Virus record (IMG/VR): IMGVR_UViG_3300025015_000011
Coordinates: 102,690 to 166,689 of that record
Strand: one strand, 5' to 3'
Length of the DNA stretch: 64,000 nucleotides
Source: a virus
Of the stretch, positions 54,399 through 63,772 are shown piece by piece. Below the pieces are notes generated by a model that was not told the DNA's origin, searched no databases, and saw only the letters and a program-made list of their open reading frames with translations. The number at the start of each line of letters is the position of its first letter. Positions within the stretch are counted from its first letter, which is position 1. The translations under genes were made by a program, and so were the position numbers.

Positions 54399-55554
54399 TA
54401 TTTTCTCCTAAAAAATTTAAACATTTTTGTATTGTATCATTCTTATCACTTCTATATTCAACTTCCCATATAATCAATATATCAAATCCATGAGACTTTG
54501 CAATATCAATTTTAACCTTATCTTTTTCCCATACTTCTTTAACTTTTTTTTCTTTGATTGGATATTTAATCCAATCATCCTCTTCATACATTATTGGATT
54601 TGCATGCCAATAATCACCATTAAATTCTATTATCTTTTTAGAATCAAGACAAGTAAAATCATATTTAAAATAATTAAATGGTTTGGGTGCTAATTTACCA
54701 TATTCATTGTTTAATTCACCAAAATAGATTTTCTCATATTTATTTTTTATTTTATTATATAATACCCAAAATAATTCTTGTGATAATTTAGAATAAAAAA
54801 TAGGTGATGATTCTATACTTATCTCAAATCTTCTTTTCCCCTCATCATCTCCATACTTTTTGATAAAGTTTTCAAGAGTTTTTCCTTTACTTTTACATAC
54901 TTCCTCATACTTTAACAGTCCATATTCTTTACCATATTTTTCAATAAAATATTCTTCTGAACATCCAACATATTTTTGCTTTTCACAATACTCTTCCCAT
55001 TTTTTCTTTCCTTCAACTTCTCCATATCTATTAATACAATTTTCTAGAGTTTGTGCTCGACCTTTATTATATTCATTAAACTGTTTTTCATCCCAATTAT
55101 GTTTTTCTTTTTTATATTCAAAAGTATTTGAAGCTGCTTGCTTTTCACAATACTCTTCCCATTTTTTCTTTCCTTCAACTTCTCCATATCTATTAATACA
55201 ATTTTCTAGAGTTTGTGCTCTTTTCCTATTACAGACTTTTAAAATACTAATATCAATATCAAATAAAAAAGCTAAATCATATGATATAGCATTTAACTTT
55301 TTAGGTTTCCTGTTATACTTTTTCTCAAAACAATTAAAACATCGTTTCCTGTAATACTCAATAGACTCTATTCTTTTTGGAGAATATACACAACCTGTAT
55401 TTCCTGGATTGATATTTCTTAATAACAATTTTATCATTTTTTCTGATAATAAAATATCACCACATTCTAAACAAAAAAAATCACTTACCTCACGGGTTTT
55501 AGCACATTTTAAACTGTCAAACTTTTCACAGAATTGTTTAATTAAATCTAGCAT
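54385..55554 (-). mobile_element. Free-standing endonuclease (Vsr/DUF559-like C-terminus) between the intein halves
   Basis: YDF...KIIEFNGDYWHANP...D..K...A...GF..LIIWE; KYGE.EGKK.WEE repeats; paralog of 59956-61314. Confidence 0.85.
54976..55220. repeat. Perfect 83-bp direct repeat (54976-55058 and 55138-55220)
   Basis: Both copies encode RAQTLENCINRYGEVEGKKKWEEYCEKQ. Confidence 0.9.
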
Positions 55555-55599
55555 AAAATACCCTCCTATAAGTATTTATACATTTAGGTATTTTATGCT
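55550..55599 (-). promoter_or_regulatory. Start-codon-sequestering hairpin with late promoter in its loop
   Basis: AGCATAAAATACC/GGTATTTTATGCT 13-bp stem; TATAAATA at 55573-55580. Confidence 0.8.
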
Positions 55600-55609
55600 G
55601 ATACTGCCC

Positions 55610-55957
55610 TTACAATATAATAATCTTATCTCCTTTTTGAAGATTATTAGGTGAAATCTCTAATAATTCATCCTGACGAAGAATTATTAGAGAATGGTCC
55701 TCTGTCAAAATTACAATTTTATCATGATAAGAAATTTTATACATATTCTTTTTTACTTTATGTTTCATGACATATTTGATATTTTTTTCTTCTACTAATT
55801 TAGTATTAACATTTAATGATAATGAGGTTAAATTCTTTATTTCCTTAATATATTTTCCTTCTTGATATTCTTTTACATCACCTTCAAATACATTGAAAAT
55901 ATCTTCAATTTTTATATCTCCGTGGTTTGTTTTGATAATAGAATCCCCAACTACTGA
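55610..55957 (-). mobile_element. Split intein N-half
   Basis: Starts Ser1 after YSDTD; TEDH block B; ends LQKGDKIIIL. Confidence 0.9.
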
Positions 55958-57655
55958 GTCAGTATCAGAGTATATACTAACATTATTTATTTTGAATTTT
56001 TCATCAAAAAAATCATCAATCTTAGTCCCAGTGAACTGAACAACCTTCTGTCCTGTTAATGTTATAGCAGAAGCAAAATCAATATTAAATAACCTAAAAT
56101 GAGCATTAGCTAAAGCACCAAAAAGACTATTGGCTAATATTTTTGTAGAATATTGAAAAGAATCATAAGTCGATTTTTCTATATTATACTTTTCATCTTT
56201 TGTTTGTTGATATAATCTTTCAGCATCTTGCATCTTATTCTTATATTCTTTTCTTTTTGCATATATATGCTTAATAACCTTAGGGATAAATCCTTCTTCT
56301 GGTCTAAAAAGAACTCCATTAGGAGTGAGTATTAGATTATTTTGATTAATAAACTCTTTTAGTCTTTCTCCAGTAACTTTCTTACCAGCTACCTCATATG
56401 TTTCTGTTGATTTAATTTTCTCTAAATCAAAATCAGTAAAATTACCTTTAATCTTTCCTACTAATCTTTCTGGAGAAATATTCATTGCCATTATAATATG
56501 TGGATAAAGAGAAGTGAAGTCATAACTCACTACATTTTTATAATAACCCACTTTTGGTTCTGAAACATATCCTCCAGGAATCTCCATTGCTGAACTATGC
56601 TTAGTTGTGGGTAAAACTATCTTCTTCTCTTTTAATGTTGAAAGAAGATAATTATCATGTTTCTTAAGAGTGGACCCATACTTTTCAAATGAACACCGGC
56701 ACATATAACTCTGAGCTTGAACTAATTTTAAGTAACCTAATTTTGCTTCAAGGTCAAGAAGAAGCTGAACATCTTGTAAGTTATATCTACAAAACTTATT
56801 CCAATCTTCTTTCCATAAATCATTCAAGGAACCATCATACTTGACCTTTTCTTTATTCAATTCAACCTGAGATATATAATTTAAAGAATAGGATTCCCTT
56901 TCATTAATAGAAAAAGTCTTATACAAATCCATATAGTCAAGGATATTAATACCAGCTATTGAATAAGATTTATAATTCTGACCTTTATCTGCTCTGACCT
57001 GAATTTCTCTTATAACCCCTATAGGAGAATACTTCTTAACCACGGATTCTGATAAAAGGTATCTTGCCCTATTAATAATGTATGGAATATCAAACCCGCG
57101 AATATTCCAACCACTTAGGACTGATGGGTAGTAATCTTTATGCCAGCGAAAATACTTCTTAAGAAGTTCTTCTTCTGTTTCACAATAATTAAATTCTACA
57201 TTCTTACTTTCTGGGGTATAATCTTTCAAACCAAACATATGAAACTTTTTTGTTTGAGTTGAATAAACTGTTAGGAGGTTGATTTCATTTCTTGGATTTT
57301 CTATATCAGGGAAGCCATTTTCTGTTTCTGTTTCAATATCAATAAAATGAATATCTAAAGTTGGGACTTCAGTAAATTCTTTTATGTGAGCATATCTATC
57401 AATGAGAAAACGGTCTTCTGGATTCACATCACCTTCAAGGGTTTCACATTTCTCAAGGAAATTTCTTTGGTCAAACCAATTATTAAATTCTTTTCTTTTA
57501 CACTTCTTACCAGTTAAATCTGTATATTCTCCATTGTTATCATAGATATAGCAATATGAGACATAATCATATTCACCATAAGTCTTCTGACCATTGATGA
57601 ATTCCCATAAGTGAATTTTATTAGCCTTAGCATCATAATATATGGAACTAAACAT
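55610..57655 (-). CDS. gp43: DNA polymerase B N-terminal fragment with C-terminal split-intein IntN (115 aa)
   Basis: DIET, GWNIRGFDIPY exonuclease; YDFTSLYP, KILANSLFG, YSDTD|SVVGDS...LTEDHSL intein blocks A/B. Confidence 0.96.
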   Translation of the reverse strand: MFSSIYYDAKANKIHLWEFINGQKTYGEYDYVSYCYIYDNNGEYTDLTGKKCKRKEFNNWFDQRNFLEKCETLEGDVNPEDRFLIDRYAHIKEFTEVPTLDIHFIDIETETENGFPDIENPRNEINLLTVYSTQTKKFHMFGLKDYTPESKNVEFNYCETEEELLKKYFRWHKDYYPSVLSGWNIRGFDIPYIINRARYLLSESVVKKYSPIGVIREIQVRADKGQNYKSYSIAGINILDYMDLYKTFSINERESYSLNYISQVELNKEKVKYDGSLNDLWKEDWNKFCRYNLQDVQLLLDLEAKLGYLKLVQAQSYMCRCSFEKYGSTLKKHDNYLLSTLKEKKIVLPTTKHSSAMEIPGGYVSEPKVGYYKNVVSYDFTSLYPHIIMAMNISPERLVGKIKGNFTDFDLEKIKSTETYEVAGKKVTGERLKEFINQNNLILTPNGVLFRPEEGFIPKVIKHIYAKRKEYKNKMQDAERLYQQTKDEKYNIEKSTYDSFQYSTKILANSLFGALANAHFRLFNIDFASAITLTGQKVVQFTGTKIDDFFDEKFKINNVSIYSDTDSVVGDSIIKTNHGDIKIEDIFNVFEGDVKEYQEGKYIKEIKNLTSLSLNVNTKLVEEKNIKYVMKHKVKKNMYKISYHDKIVILTEDHSLIILRQDELLEISPNNLQKGDKIIIL

Positions 57656-58117
57656 TTGACCTTCCTTAATAAGTTAATCTTTCTAGGCTAGATTATTCCA
57701 TTGCCACTCCCAAGTTACAATACCTTCTTTTACATAAATCCTCCAAGTAAAACCACCAATGCAATTAATTCCTTGATGTTGCCAACGAAGTCTATAATAT
57801 TCTTCCCATGCTCTTCTACCGGGGTTTATCTCATCTTGAATCCAAGTCATTTAATATCCTCTCCGGTTCTCTTTCAATATAGGTATAGGTACATTTATTT
57901 AATATATGAACTTTTTAAGAACAAAATACTCTCTTCTCATTAAAACCCACTTAAGTATTTAATCTTCTAACTCAAATTCATCTGCATTGAAACTATAATT
58001 ATTTTGCTTGTAAAGTTCTTCTACTTTCCTATCACAGCCAGTTTCTGTTTTATGTACTGAGATAGGACGTTCCAGAGTGATATCCCAAATAATCCATACC
58101 TTCATTTCAATTTACTC

Positions 58118-58537
58118 CTAACAAAGATATTCTTTTTTATGAGTTGCTTCACCTAAAAACTTTTGCTCTTCTAAATATTGTTCAACAAACATCTTTTTAA
58201 GTTCATCTGTAAAACATCTATCTGCTTCCTGACCCCAAATAATATCTTCATCTTTATAATAATAATTCTCCATTACTTCAATAATATCACATATGCTTTC
58301 TAATTGCAAGGCAACATGAGCAGAAGCCGCTGGCTGAATTGATGAAAAGAATGATACTTCTAAAACAGAATATATTGTATTGGTTATTTCCTTTTCTGAT
58401 ATTACACCATTAAAGAAATAGAAACAATCAAAATACATCTGCTTCTCTTCAGCATCATACCATACCCAAATATCCTCTTCTGGGATTTCAAATACTTCAA
58501 TAATCTGTTTCACTATATCATTAAATTTTTTTTCCAT
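58118..58537 (-). CDS. Hypothetical acidic protein
   Basis: ORF track. Confidence 0.55.
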   Translation of the reverse strand: MEKKFNDIVKQIIEVFEIPEEDIWVWYDAEEKQMYFDCFYFFNGVISEKEITNTIYSVLEVSFFSSIQPAASAHVALQLESICDIIEVMENYYYKDEDIIWGQEADRCFTDELKKMFVEQYLEEQKFLGEATHKKEYLC

Positions 58538-58779
58538 TATTTATCTAGTTTCTCCATCAATGATTGTGGAACATGAAACTGTAAAGCCACTAATCTAGAA
58601 GAAACACACCACCAGGATTCAATACTACTAGTTTTACCATAAGGGATACTTCTAACTTTAATACTATTTTCTTTAGTCTCTAGTATCTTACCCAACCTAA
58701 GTTCAGGAGAATTACCTATCTTAAGAACATAAGCAACATACTCACCTACAACTAATCCGCTTCCCATACAATCAACCAT
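58537..58779 (-). CDS. Hypothetical protein
   Basis: D..G..L.VGEYVAY pattern. Confidence 0.55.
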   Translation of the reverse strand: MVDCMGSGLVVGEYVAYVLKIGNSPELRLGKILETKENSIKVRSIPYGKTSSIESWWCVSSRLVALQFHVPQSLMEKLDK

Positions 58780-59963
58780 TAGAATAATTCCTCCATTGAA
58801 GTTCCTGAACTAACTTGTTCATCTTCTCGAATTTCTTTAATAAGATATTCATACCAACCTTCTTTCATATAAAACGCTTTCTCAATGACTTTCATATTTC
58901 TTTTTACATTAGCATCAAAAGCTGTTTCCCAAACTTCAAGCAACCCAAGAGAAACCATCTTTTCTACTATCTTTTTATATTCAAAGAACAAGTACATATT
59001 GTGAGCTGAGATTATATTATAAAAATCTTTTGGGTGACACAGCAAACTTTTAACATCAGTCACAGTACTGCATATATGACAATTACAAGGCATTCTTGCT
59101 TCTTCTGAAAGTGTCTGATACTGTTCTTTAAATTTATTACTGAAATTAACCTGAGTAACACCAGAGAAAGATGGAAACATAAAATAATTACCAAATGCTG
59201 CTGTCTTCAAAGGATAAGAAGAATCATATGATATTACAACATCTATACCAGCTTTATTGAATAGATGCTGAACTAGTTCAATGTATACCATATACGGACA
59301 TTTACTAACACCAAATATGTGATAATATACAGTTGTCTTTCTTGAAAACTCTCCTTTACTCTTTAAAAAGAATAAAGTCCTGAGCATACTAATTATTGAA
59401 TTAGTTCCACCACCAGCCCAGCCATCAAGAGGAATTTTATTAATAAAGGAATACCATAATTCAATATCCTTTATATCTCGACCATGAAGTACATTTAATA
59501 TTTTAGCATCTGGTCTGGTTCTATTATCATGAAAGTACTTTGCTGACATGACAGATTTTCTAAGACAATCTTTAAATCGAGTATGGTCATCTTTTGCTCC
59601 TTGACCAGTTATGTAAGGAGGGACGTCAAGGATAGGAAATATATCAGCATTCTCTTCTGCCCATTTTAAAATTATTTCACTATTAATTTGTTTTTCTGTT
59701 AGCGCTCCTTTAGCCAGCTGGAAGCCGCCACTATCAGCGAAGAACTTACCTTTACCACCAAATGCTGGAAAGTTTATCTTTTCCCTAAACTTTTCTTTCT
59801 TGAAATTATGACCAGCAGAAACAAGTAAATTTGGATAGTAAAAAAAAGAATCTTCATCTTTATTATAAAATCTAAATGACTTTTCATTATACTTTTCATT
59901 TACTAACATTGTAGTTAAGTAGGTCCCAACGGAAATTGCGGGGAAATATATTGTTCTATTCAT
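58779..59963 (-). CDS. dpdA: TGT-fold transglycosylase, DpdA-like (7-deazaguanine insertion)
   Basis: FADSGGFQ, ILDVPP, NVLHG, GWAGGG, HIFG, SYDSS, CNCHIC...HN Zn site. Confidence 0.8.
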   Translation of the reverse strand: MNRTIYFPAISVGTYLTTMLVNEKYNEKSFRFYNKDEDSFFYYPNLLVSAGHNFKKEKFREKINFPAFGGKGKFFADSGGFQLAKGALTEKQINSEIILKWAEENADIFPILDVPPYITGQGAKDDHTRFKDCLRKSVMSAKYFHDNRTRPDAKILNVLHGRDIKDIELWYSFINKIPLDGWAGGGTNSIISMLRTLFFLKSKGEFSRKTTVYYHIFGVSKCPYMVYIELVQHLFNKAGIDVVISYDSSYPLKTAAFGNYFMFPSFSGVTQVNFSNKFKEQYQTLSEEARMPCNCHICSTVTDVKSLLCHPKDFYNIISAHNMYLFFEYKKIVEKMVSLGLLEVWETAFDANVKRNMKVIEKAFYMKEGWYEYLIKEIREDEQVSSGTSMEELF

Positions 59964-61314
59964 TTTGTTTTCCTTTCAAAAAGTTTATACATTTTTGTAT
60001 TATACCCTTTTCATCTTTTGCATATTCTGATTCCCAGATAATTAACACTTCAAACCCTTTAGACTTAGCTAAGCTCAGCTTCATTTCATCTTCAAGCCAA
60101 ATTTCTTTGGCTAATGTCTTTCCTCCGCCAGGAAACCTCAATAAATCTTCTGCTTCATACAATATTGGATTAGCATGCCAAAAATCTCCATTAAACTCTA
60201 TAATCTTCTTTGATTCTAAATCAGTAAAATCATAGAGATAAAATTTACCACCTTTTTGGTTAAGAAAAAACTCACAATTTAAAGTAGCAAAATAAATATT
60301 TTCATTAGTGACATCTATATTACCATAATACACTATTTCATTGAACAATTTCTGAGATATAATTGAGTAAAATTTTATGTTTTCAATTCTTTTTCTACAT
60401 ATAACCTCATATCTCTTTCTACCTTCCTTTTCTCCAAGCTTCTTTATATATTTTTCAATAGTAACTGTAGTTTGTCTTGTCTTTAAGGCTTTTTCTGCTT
60501 CTTCAAAGGATAGCCCATTATTGAGGTAATATTCTATCCTACAAGAACTATTTACTGAAAGTAGTTTTTTCCATTCAGCAAACTTCTTTCTACCTTCTAC
60601 TTCACCATGTCTAGCTATAAAATTTTCTAAAGTGTTTGCTTTTTTACTACAATCTTCCTCATATCTCTTTCTACCTTCTACTTCACCATGTCTAGCTATA
60701 TAACCATCTTTAGTATGGACAAATAATTTCTTTTCAATAAATTCTTTCCATTTTTCATCTGCTTCTTCACCATGTCTTCTAACAAAATTTTCATATGTTT
60801 GAACACAAGCCTTCTTCCACTCTTCCCATTTCTTTTTTCCTTCCTCTTCACCATGTCTTCTAATACAATTCTCTAAAGAATTACCATTCTTATCTAAAAA
60901 TGCTTCCCATTTCTTTTTTCCTTCCTCTTCACCATATTTCTTTATTGTATTTTCATAAGTGTTTACCCTATTTGCAATATATTCTTCTATTTCTTTTTTT
61001 GGAACTTCTAATAAAAATTCCATATCATAATTTACTATATTTAATTTTTTTGGTTTTCTATCAAATTTCTTTATAAAACAATCAAAACATTTAACTCTAT
61101 AATACTCTTTACCTAAAATTATTTTTGGTTTTATTACTAAACCATCACCAGAAGGAATATTTCTATTTTTAATTAAAAATCTAAGAACTTTATCATCTAA
61201 AATCAAAAATTCATTACAATCTTTACAATAAAACTCTTTAATCTCTCGTCCTTTTACTTTTTTAATATTATCAAAATTTTCAATGAAATCCTTTTCTGTA
61301 TATTTTTTCTTCAT
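59956..61314 (-). mobile_element. Free-standing endonuclease (Vsr/DUF559-like) with ~7 [RK]HGE.EG repeats
   Basis: LYDFTD..KKIIEFNGDFWHANP...LIIWESE; paralog of 54385-55554. Confidence 0.85.
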
Positions 61315-61358
61315 ATTAGCTCCTTCTATCCTTTTAAATATTTATAAAAGGAGCTAAT
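61315..61358 (-). promoter_or_regulatory. RBS-sequestering hairpin with late promoter in its loop
   Basis: ATTAGCTCCTT/AAGGAGCTAAT 11-bp stem; TATAAATA at 61339-61346. Confidence 0.8.
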
Positions 61359-61378
61359 TTATTACCCAGCAATATCAA

Positions 61379-61417
61379 TTATACTGAAATGGCTGGGTAA
61401 TATACTGTTCTATTCAT
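61379..61417 (-). pseudogene. Orphaned 12-codon 5' end of dpdA (MNRTVYYPAISV*)
   Basis: 30/36 nt identical to the dpdA start (MNRTIYFPAISV) at 59928-59963. Confidence 0.85.
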
Positions 61418-61419
61418 TA

Positions 61420-62451
61420 TTAACTAACTCCCATCATTGTAATCATGTTTAAAATAGCGCAATGACTACTAAATTTTAATTCTTCTATATTATGACTAAA
61501 ATAAATCTCTCTTCTTATTGTATCATAATTCTTGATAGCATATTTAACTTTCTTTATTGCCTCATAAACCCCATCTTCATACAAAAAGTTCAATCCATAC
61601 ATTTCAGGATAAGATAATCTATTTGGAACTATTGGAATACACCCACTCATAAAAGCTTCTTGTTGTGCAATTCCCCAAGTTTCTTGCTCTGAAAATGATA
61701 GCGCTATCTTTGCTCTTTTCAACAGTTCGTAATATTCTTGTTTTGTTTTACACTTTTCTTTTGTATATATAAATTCCCAATCAGGATATTCACCTTCTAG
61801 GCGGCACTTAAGAATATCGAATTCTTGAGGATTTTTTTCATCATCCAGTCTATGAGGAAACACTACTATATTCTCTTTCTTTTCATAATCATCTTCTGTT
61901 AATTTTATATGCACAGGAAGTGGAAATCCAGTTACATAAACTTTATTTCTTGTATGATAATCAATTCTACCAGTTTTTTCAAGTAAATCTTTATGAAAAT
62001 GAGTGGCAACAAAAATAAAATCAAGGCCTTTGAACCAGCTCTTTTCTAAATCTTCTCCCCATTTTTCCATACCTTCCTGAGCTAAGAAATCATATTCATC
62101 ATAAGTTCCAGCATGAAGCATACCAGCTATTTTAAAGTTAATTCCTAAAGCATCTCTCATATAAAATAACATTTCAATTCCAGGAAACCAAAGGTCATGG
62201 AAAAAGAATATATCACCATCCTTTACTTTACCTTCATTTAGCAGTTGACATATCTCAGTCAACTGCTTTGACTTAAAATAATTAGTCCCAATTATATCAA
62301 GAAATTTCCCAGTATTGATTTTATTATCTAGAGGCTCAGGATAAATTGTGGTGAAATTAATATTTCTTTTTTTAAATTCTTCAGGAAATATTTTATTCCA
62401 CTGAGCAGAATATCTTTCATCGAGGGATTCAATTGGTATATTATAAAGCAT
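61420..62451 (-). CDS. GT-B glycosyltransferase
   Basis: DLWFPG, HAGTYD, VVFPHRLDDEKNP, QETWGIAQQEA...P.VPNRLSYPE. Confidence 0.85.
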   Translation of the reverse strand: MLYNIPIESLDERYSAQWNKIFPEEFKKRNINFTTIYPEPLDNKINTGKFLDIIGTNYFKSKQLTEICQLLNEGKVKDGDIFFFHDLWFPGIEMLFYMRDALGINFKIAGMLHAGTYDEYDFLAQEGMEKWGEDLEKSWFKGLDFIFVATHFHKDLLEKTGRIDYHTRNKVYVTGFPLPVHIKLTEDDYEKKENIVVFPHRLDDEKNPQEFDILKCRLEGEYPDWEFIYTKEKCKTKQEYYELLKRAKIALSFSEQETWGIAQQEAFMSGCIPIVPNRLSYPEMYGLNFLYEDGVYEAIKKVKYAIKNYDTIRREIYFSHNIEELKFSSHCAILNMITMMGVS

Positions 62452-63328
62452 TTAACTTCCTCTTCATTGTATTTTTATATATTTCAAAATGTAACAGGGA
62501 AGGAGAGTGCATGTAGCATTTTGAACATAAATCCCTATATTGCTTTGTCAAATGTTCAGTCCTAATCTTTTGAAGTTCTTCTGAATTCTTCCAGATATTT
62601 TCTAAACTATCATCATTTAGATTGCCTATCACAAGGTCTTTACCAAAGCTGAAGCAACAAGGAACCACATCACCATCACTATGAACTGTAGCAGACATCC
62701 ATGGGTTTAAGCATAGCTCAGTACATGATATTTTCTCTCCACCTTTTGTTCCGAGTGAGCAATCAGGTACTGTTCTGATATTAATATCCCATTTGTTTTC
62801 TTGCACAAATGTCTGAAGAAGCTCTAAATCCTTCTTCCATTGATTACCATAATTATTCAATTCAATAATCTGAAGGTCTATTGATAATGAGCTTGTCCGG
62901 ACTGACAACAGAAGCTCAATATTCTTAACTAGAGTAGAGAATGTGCCTCCTGCCCTGAGGTTCTTATAATCTTCATCATTAAAAGCGTCCACACTCACTG
63001 TTAAGTAGTCCAGTTTGCACAGGGCATCTAATTGCCTATGGATGAGTGAACCATTCGTGCTGAGCCCTGTGAGCACCGTTCCTTTGTAGAAATCAATGAT
63101 GGTTGATAGCTGTGGATGAAGAAGTGGCTCTCCTGATAGCTGAAATTCAACAAAATAACTACCACCAAGGTCTCTCTCAGCTATAGTCCTTGCTAGGTTA
63201 ATATCAATATTCTGGGGCTTTCTATTATATAAGGTCCTAGGACAGAATGGACAGTCAAAATTGCAAGCTGATGAAACTTCAACACTATACAGCTCTGGGA
63301 TACTTGGGTTGAAAGATTGTTTAATCAC
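62441..63328 (-). CDS. Radical SAM protein with SPASM/twitch domain
   Basis: CNFDCPFC, GEPLLHP, STNG; CLNPW...DGDVVPCC...IGNL...CSKC. Confidence 0.92.
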   Translation of the reverse strand: MIKQSFNPSIPELYSVEVSSACNFDCPFCPRTLYNRKPQNIDINLARTIAERDLGGSYFVEFQLSGEPLLHPQLSTIIDFYKGTVLTGLSTNGSLIHRQLDALCKLDYLTVSVDAFNDEDYKNLRAGGTFSTLVKNIELLLSVRTSSLSIDLQIIELNNYGNQWKKDLELLQTFVQENKWDINIRTVPDCSLGTKGGEKISCTELCLNPWMSATVHSDGDVVPCCFSFGKDLVIGNLNDDSLENIWKNSEELQKIRTEHLTKQYRDLCSKCYMHSPSLLHFEIYKNTMKRKLNAL

Positions 63329-63680
63329 TTATCACCTCAGCCCCGTTTTCTCCATCTTCCATTACTGATACATAAAATGTACCGCCTATTAGGTGTTGTC
63401 CATATTGCCATTTAAGCCAGAGTATCAAATCTTCTGCTATTGTTTCACATGAAACACCTTTTAATTCTTTATTGGCAAAATTAAAAGATATATACTCATC
63501 CAATCTTTTCTTGACACAAAAAAATTCTAAATCTCTATCATTATGAATTACTGGAATTTTTATTGTTACATGAAAGATATGCCTGTGCAAGTCCTTAAGA
63601 AACATGACCTCAGGGATATCACAAGTGTCCCATGAATGAAGGGCAGTGAATTGTGTATTGACAATAATATTAACTTTCAT
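63321..63680 (-). CDS. QueD-like T-fold protein with LxxxHRHxF motif (DpdL-like)
   Basis: FTALHSW, LKDLHRHIFHV, HNDRDLEF, SCETIA, EDGENGA. Confidence 0.75.
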   Translation of the reverse strand: MKVNIIVNTQFTALHSWDTCDIPEVMFLKDLHRHIFHVTIKIPVIHNDRDLEFFCVKKRLDEYISFNFANKELKGVSCETIAEDLILWLKWQYGQHLIGGTFYVSVMEDGENGAEVISD

Positions 63681-63707
63681 TTTGATTAGCTCCGAAATGG
63701 GAATAGT

Positions 63708-63737
63708 GAATGACTCGGCATTTCTGCCGAGTCATTC
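63708..63737 (-). other. 13-bp perfect hairpin with GAAA tetraloop
   Basis: GAATGACTCGGCA GAAA TGCCGAGTCATTC. Confidence 0.75.
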
Positions 63738-63772
63738 CAGGATGTATGGCTCTGTTGAGCGCTATCCTGTTG

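Noticed and set aside
53469-57655. Polymerase pseudogene or assembly error
   Set aside because: The break is explained by complete split-intein motifs at both junctions
59956-61417. Group I intron in dpdA, with the 61361-61401 hairpin as P1
   Set aside because: No room for a ribozyme core; the endonuclease ORF overlaps the dpdA start, and dpdA has its own full N-terminus
62441-63328. QueE (CDG synthase)
   Set aside because: Has a C-terminal SPASM/twitch cluster and lacks the QueE N-terminal F.S.QGEG...F.R motif
63681-63772. preQ1 riboswitch
   Set aside because: No preQ1-I stem/loop consensus or A-rich tail recognisable
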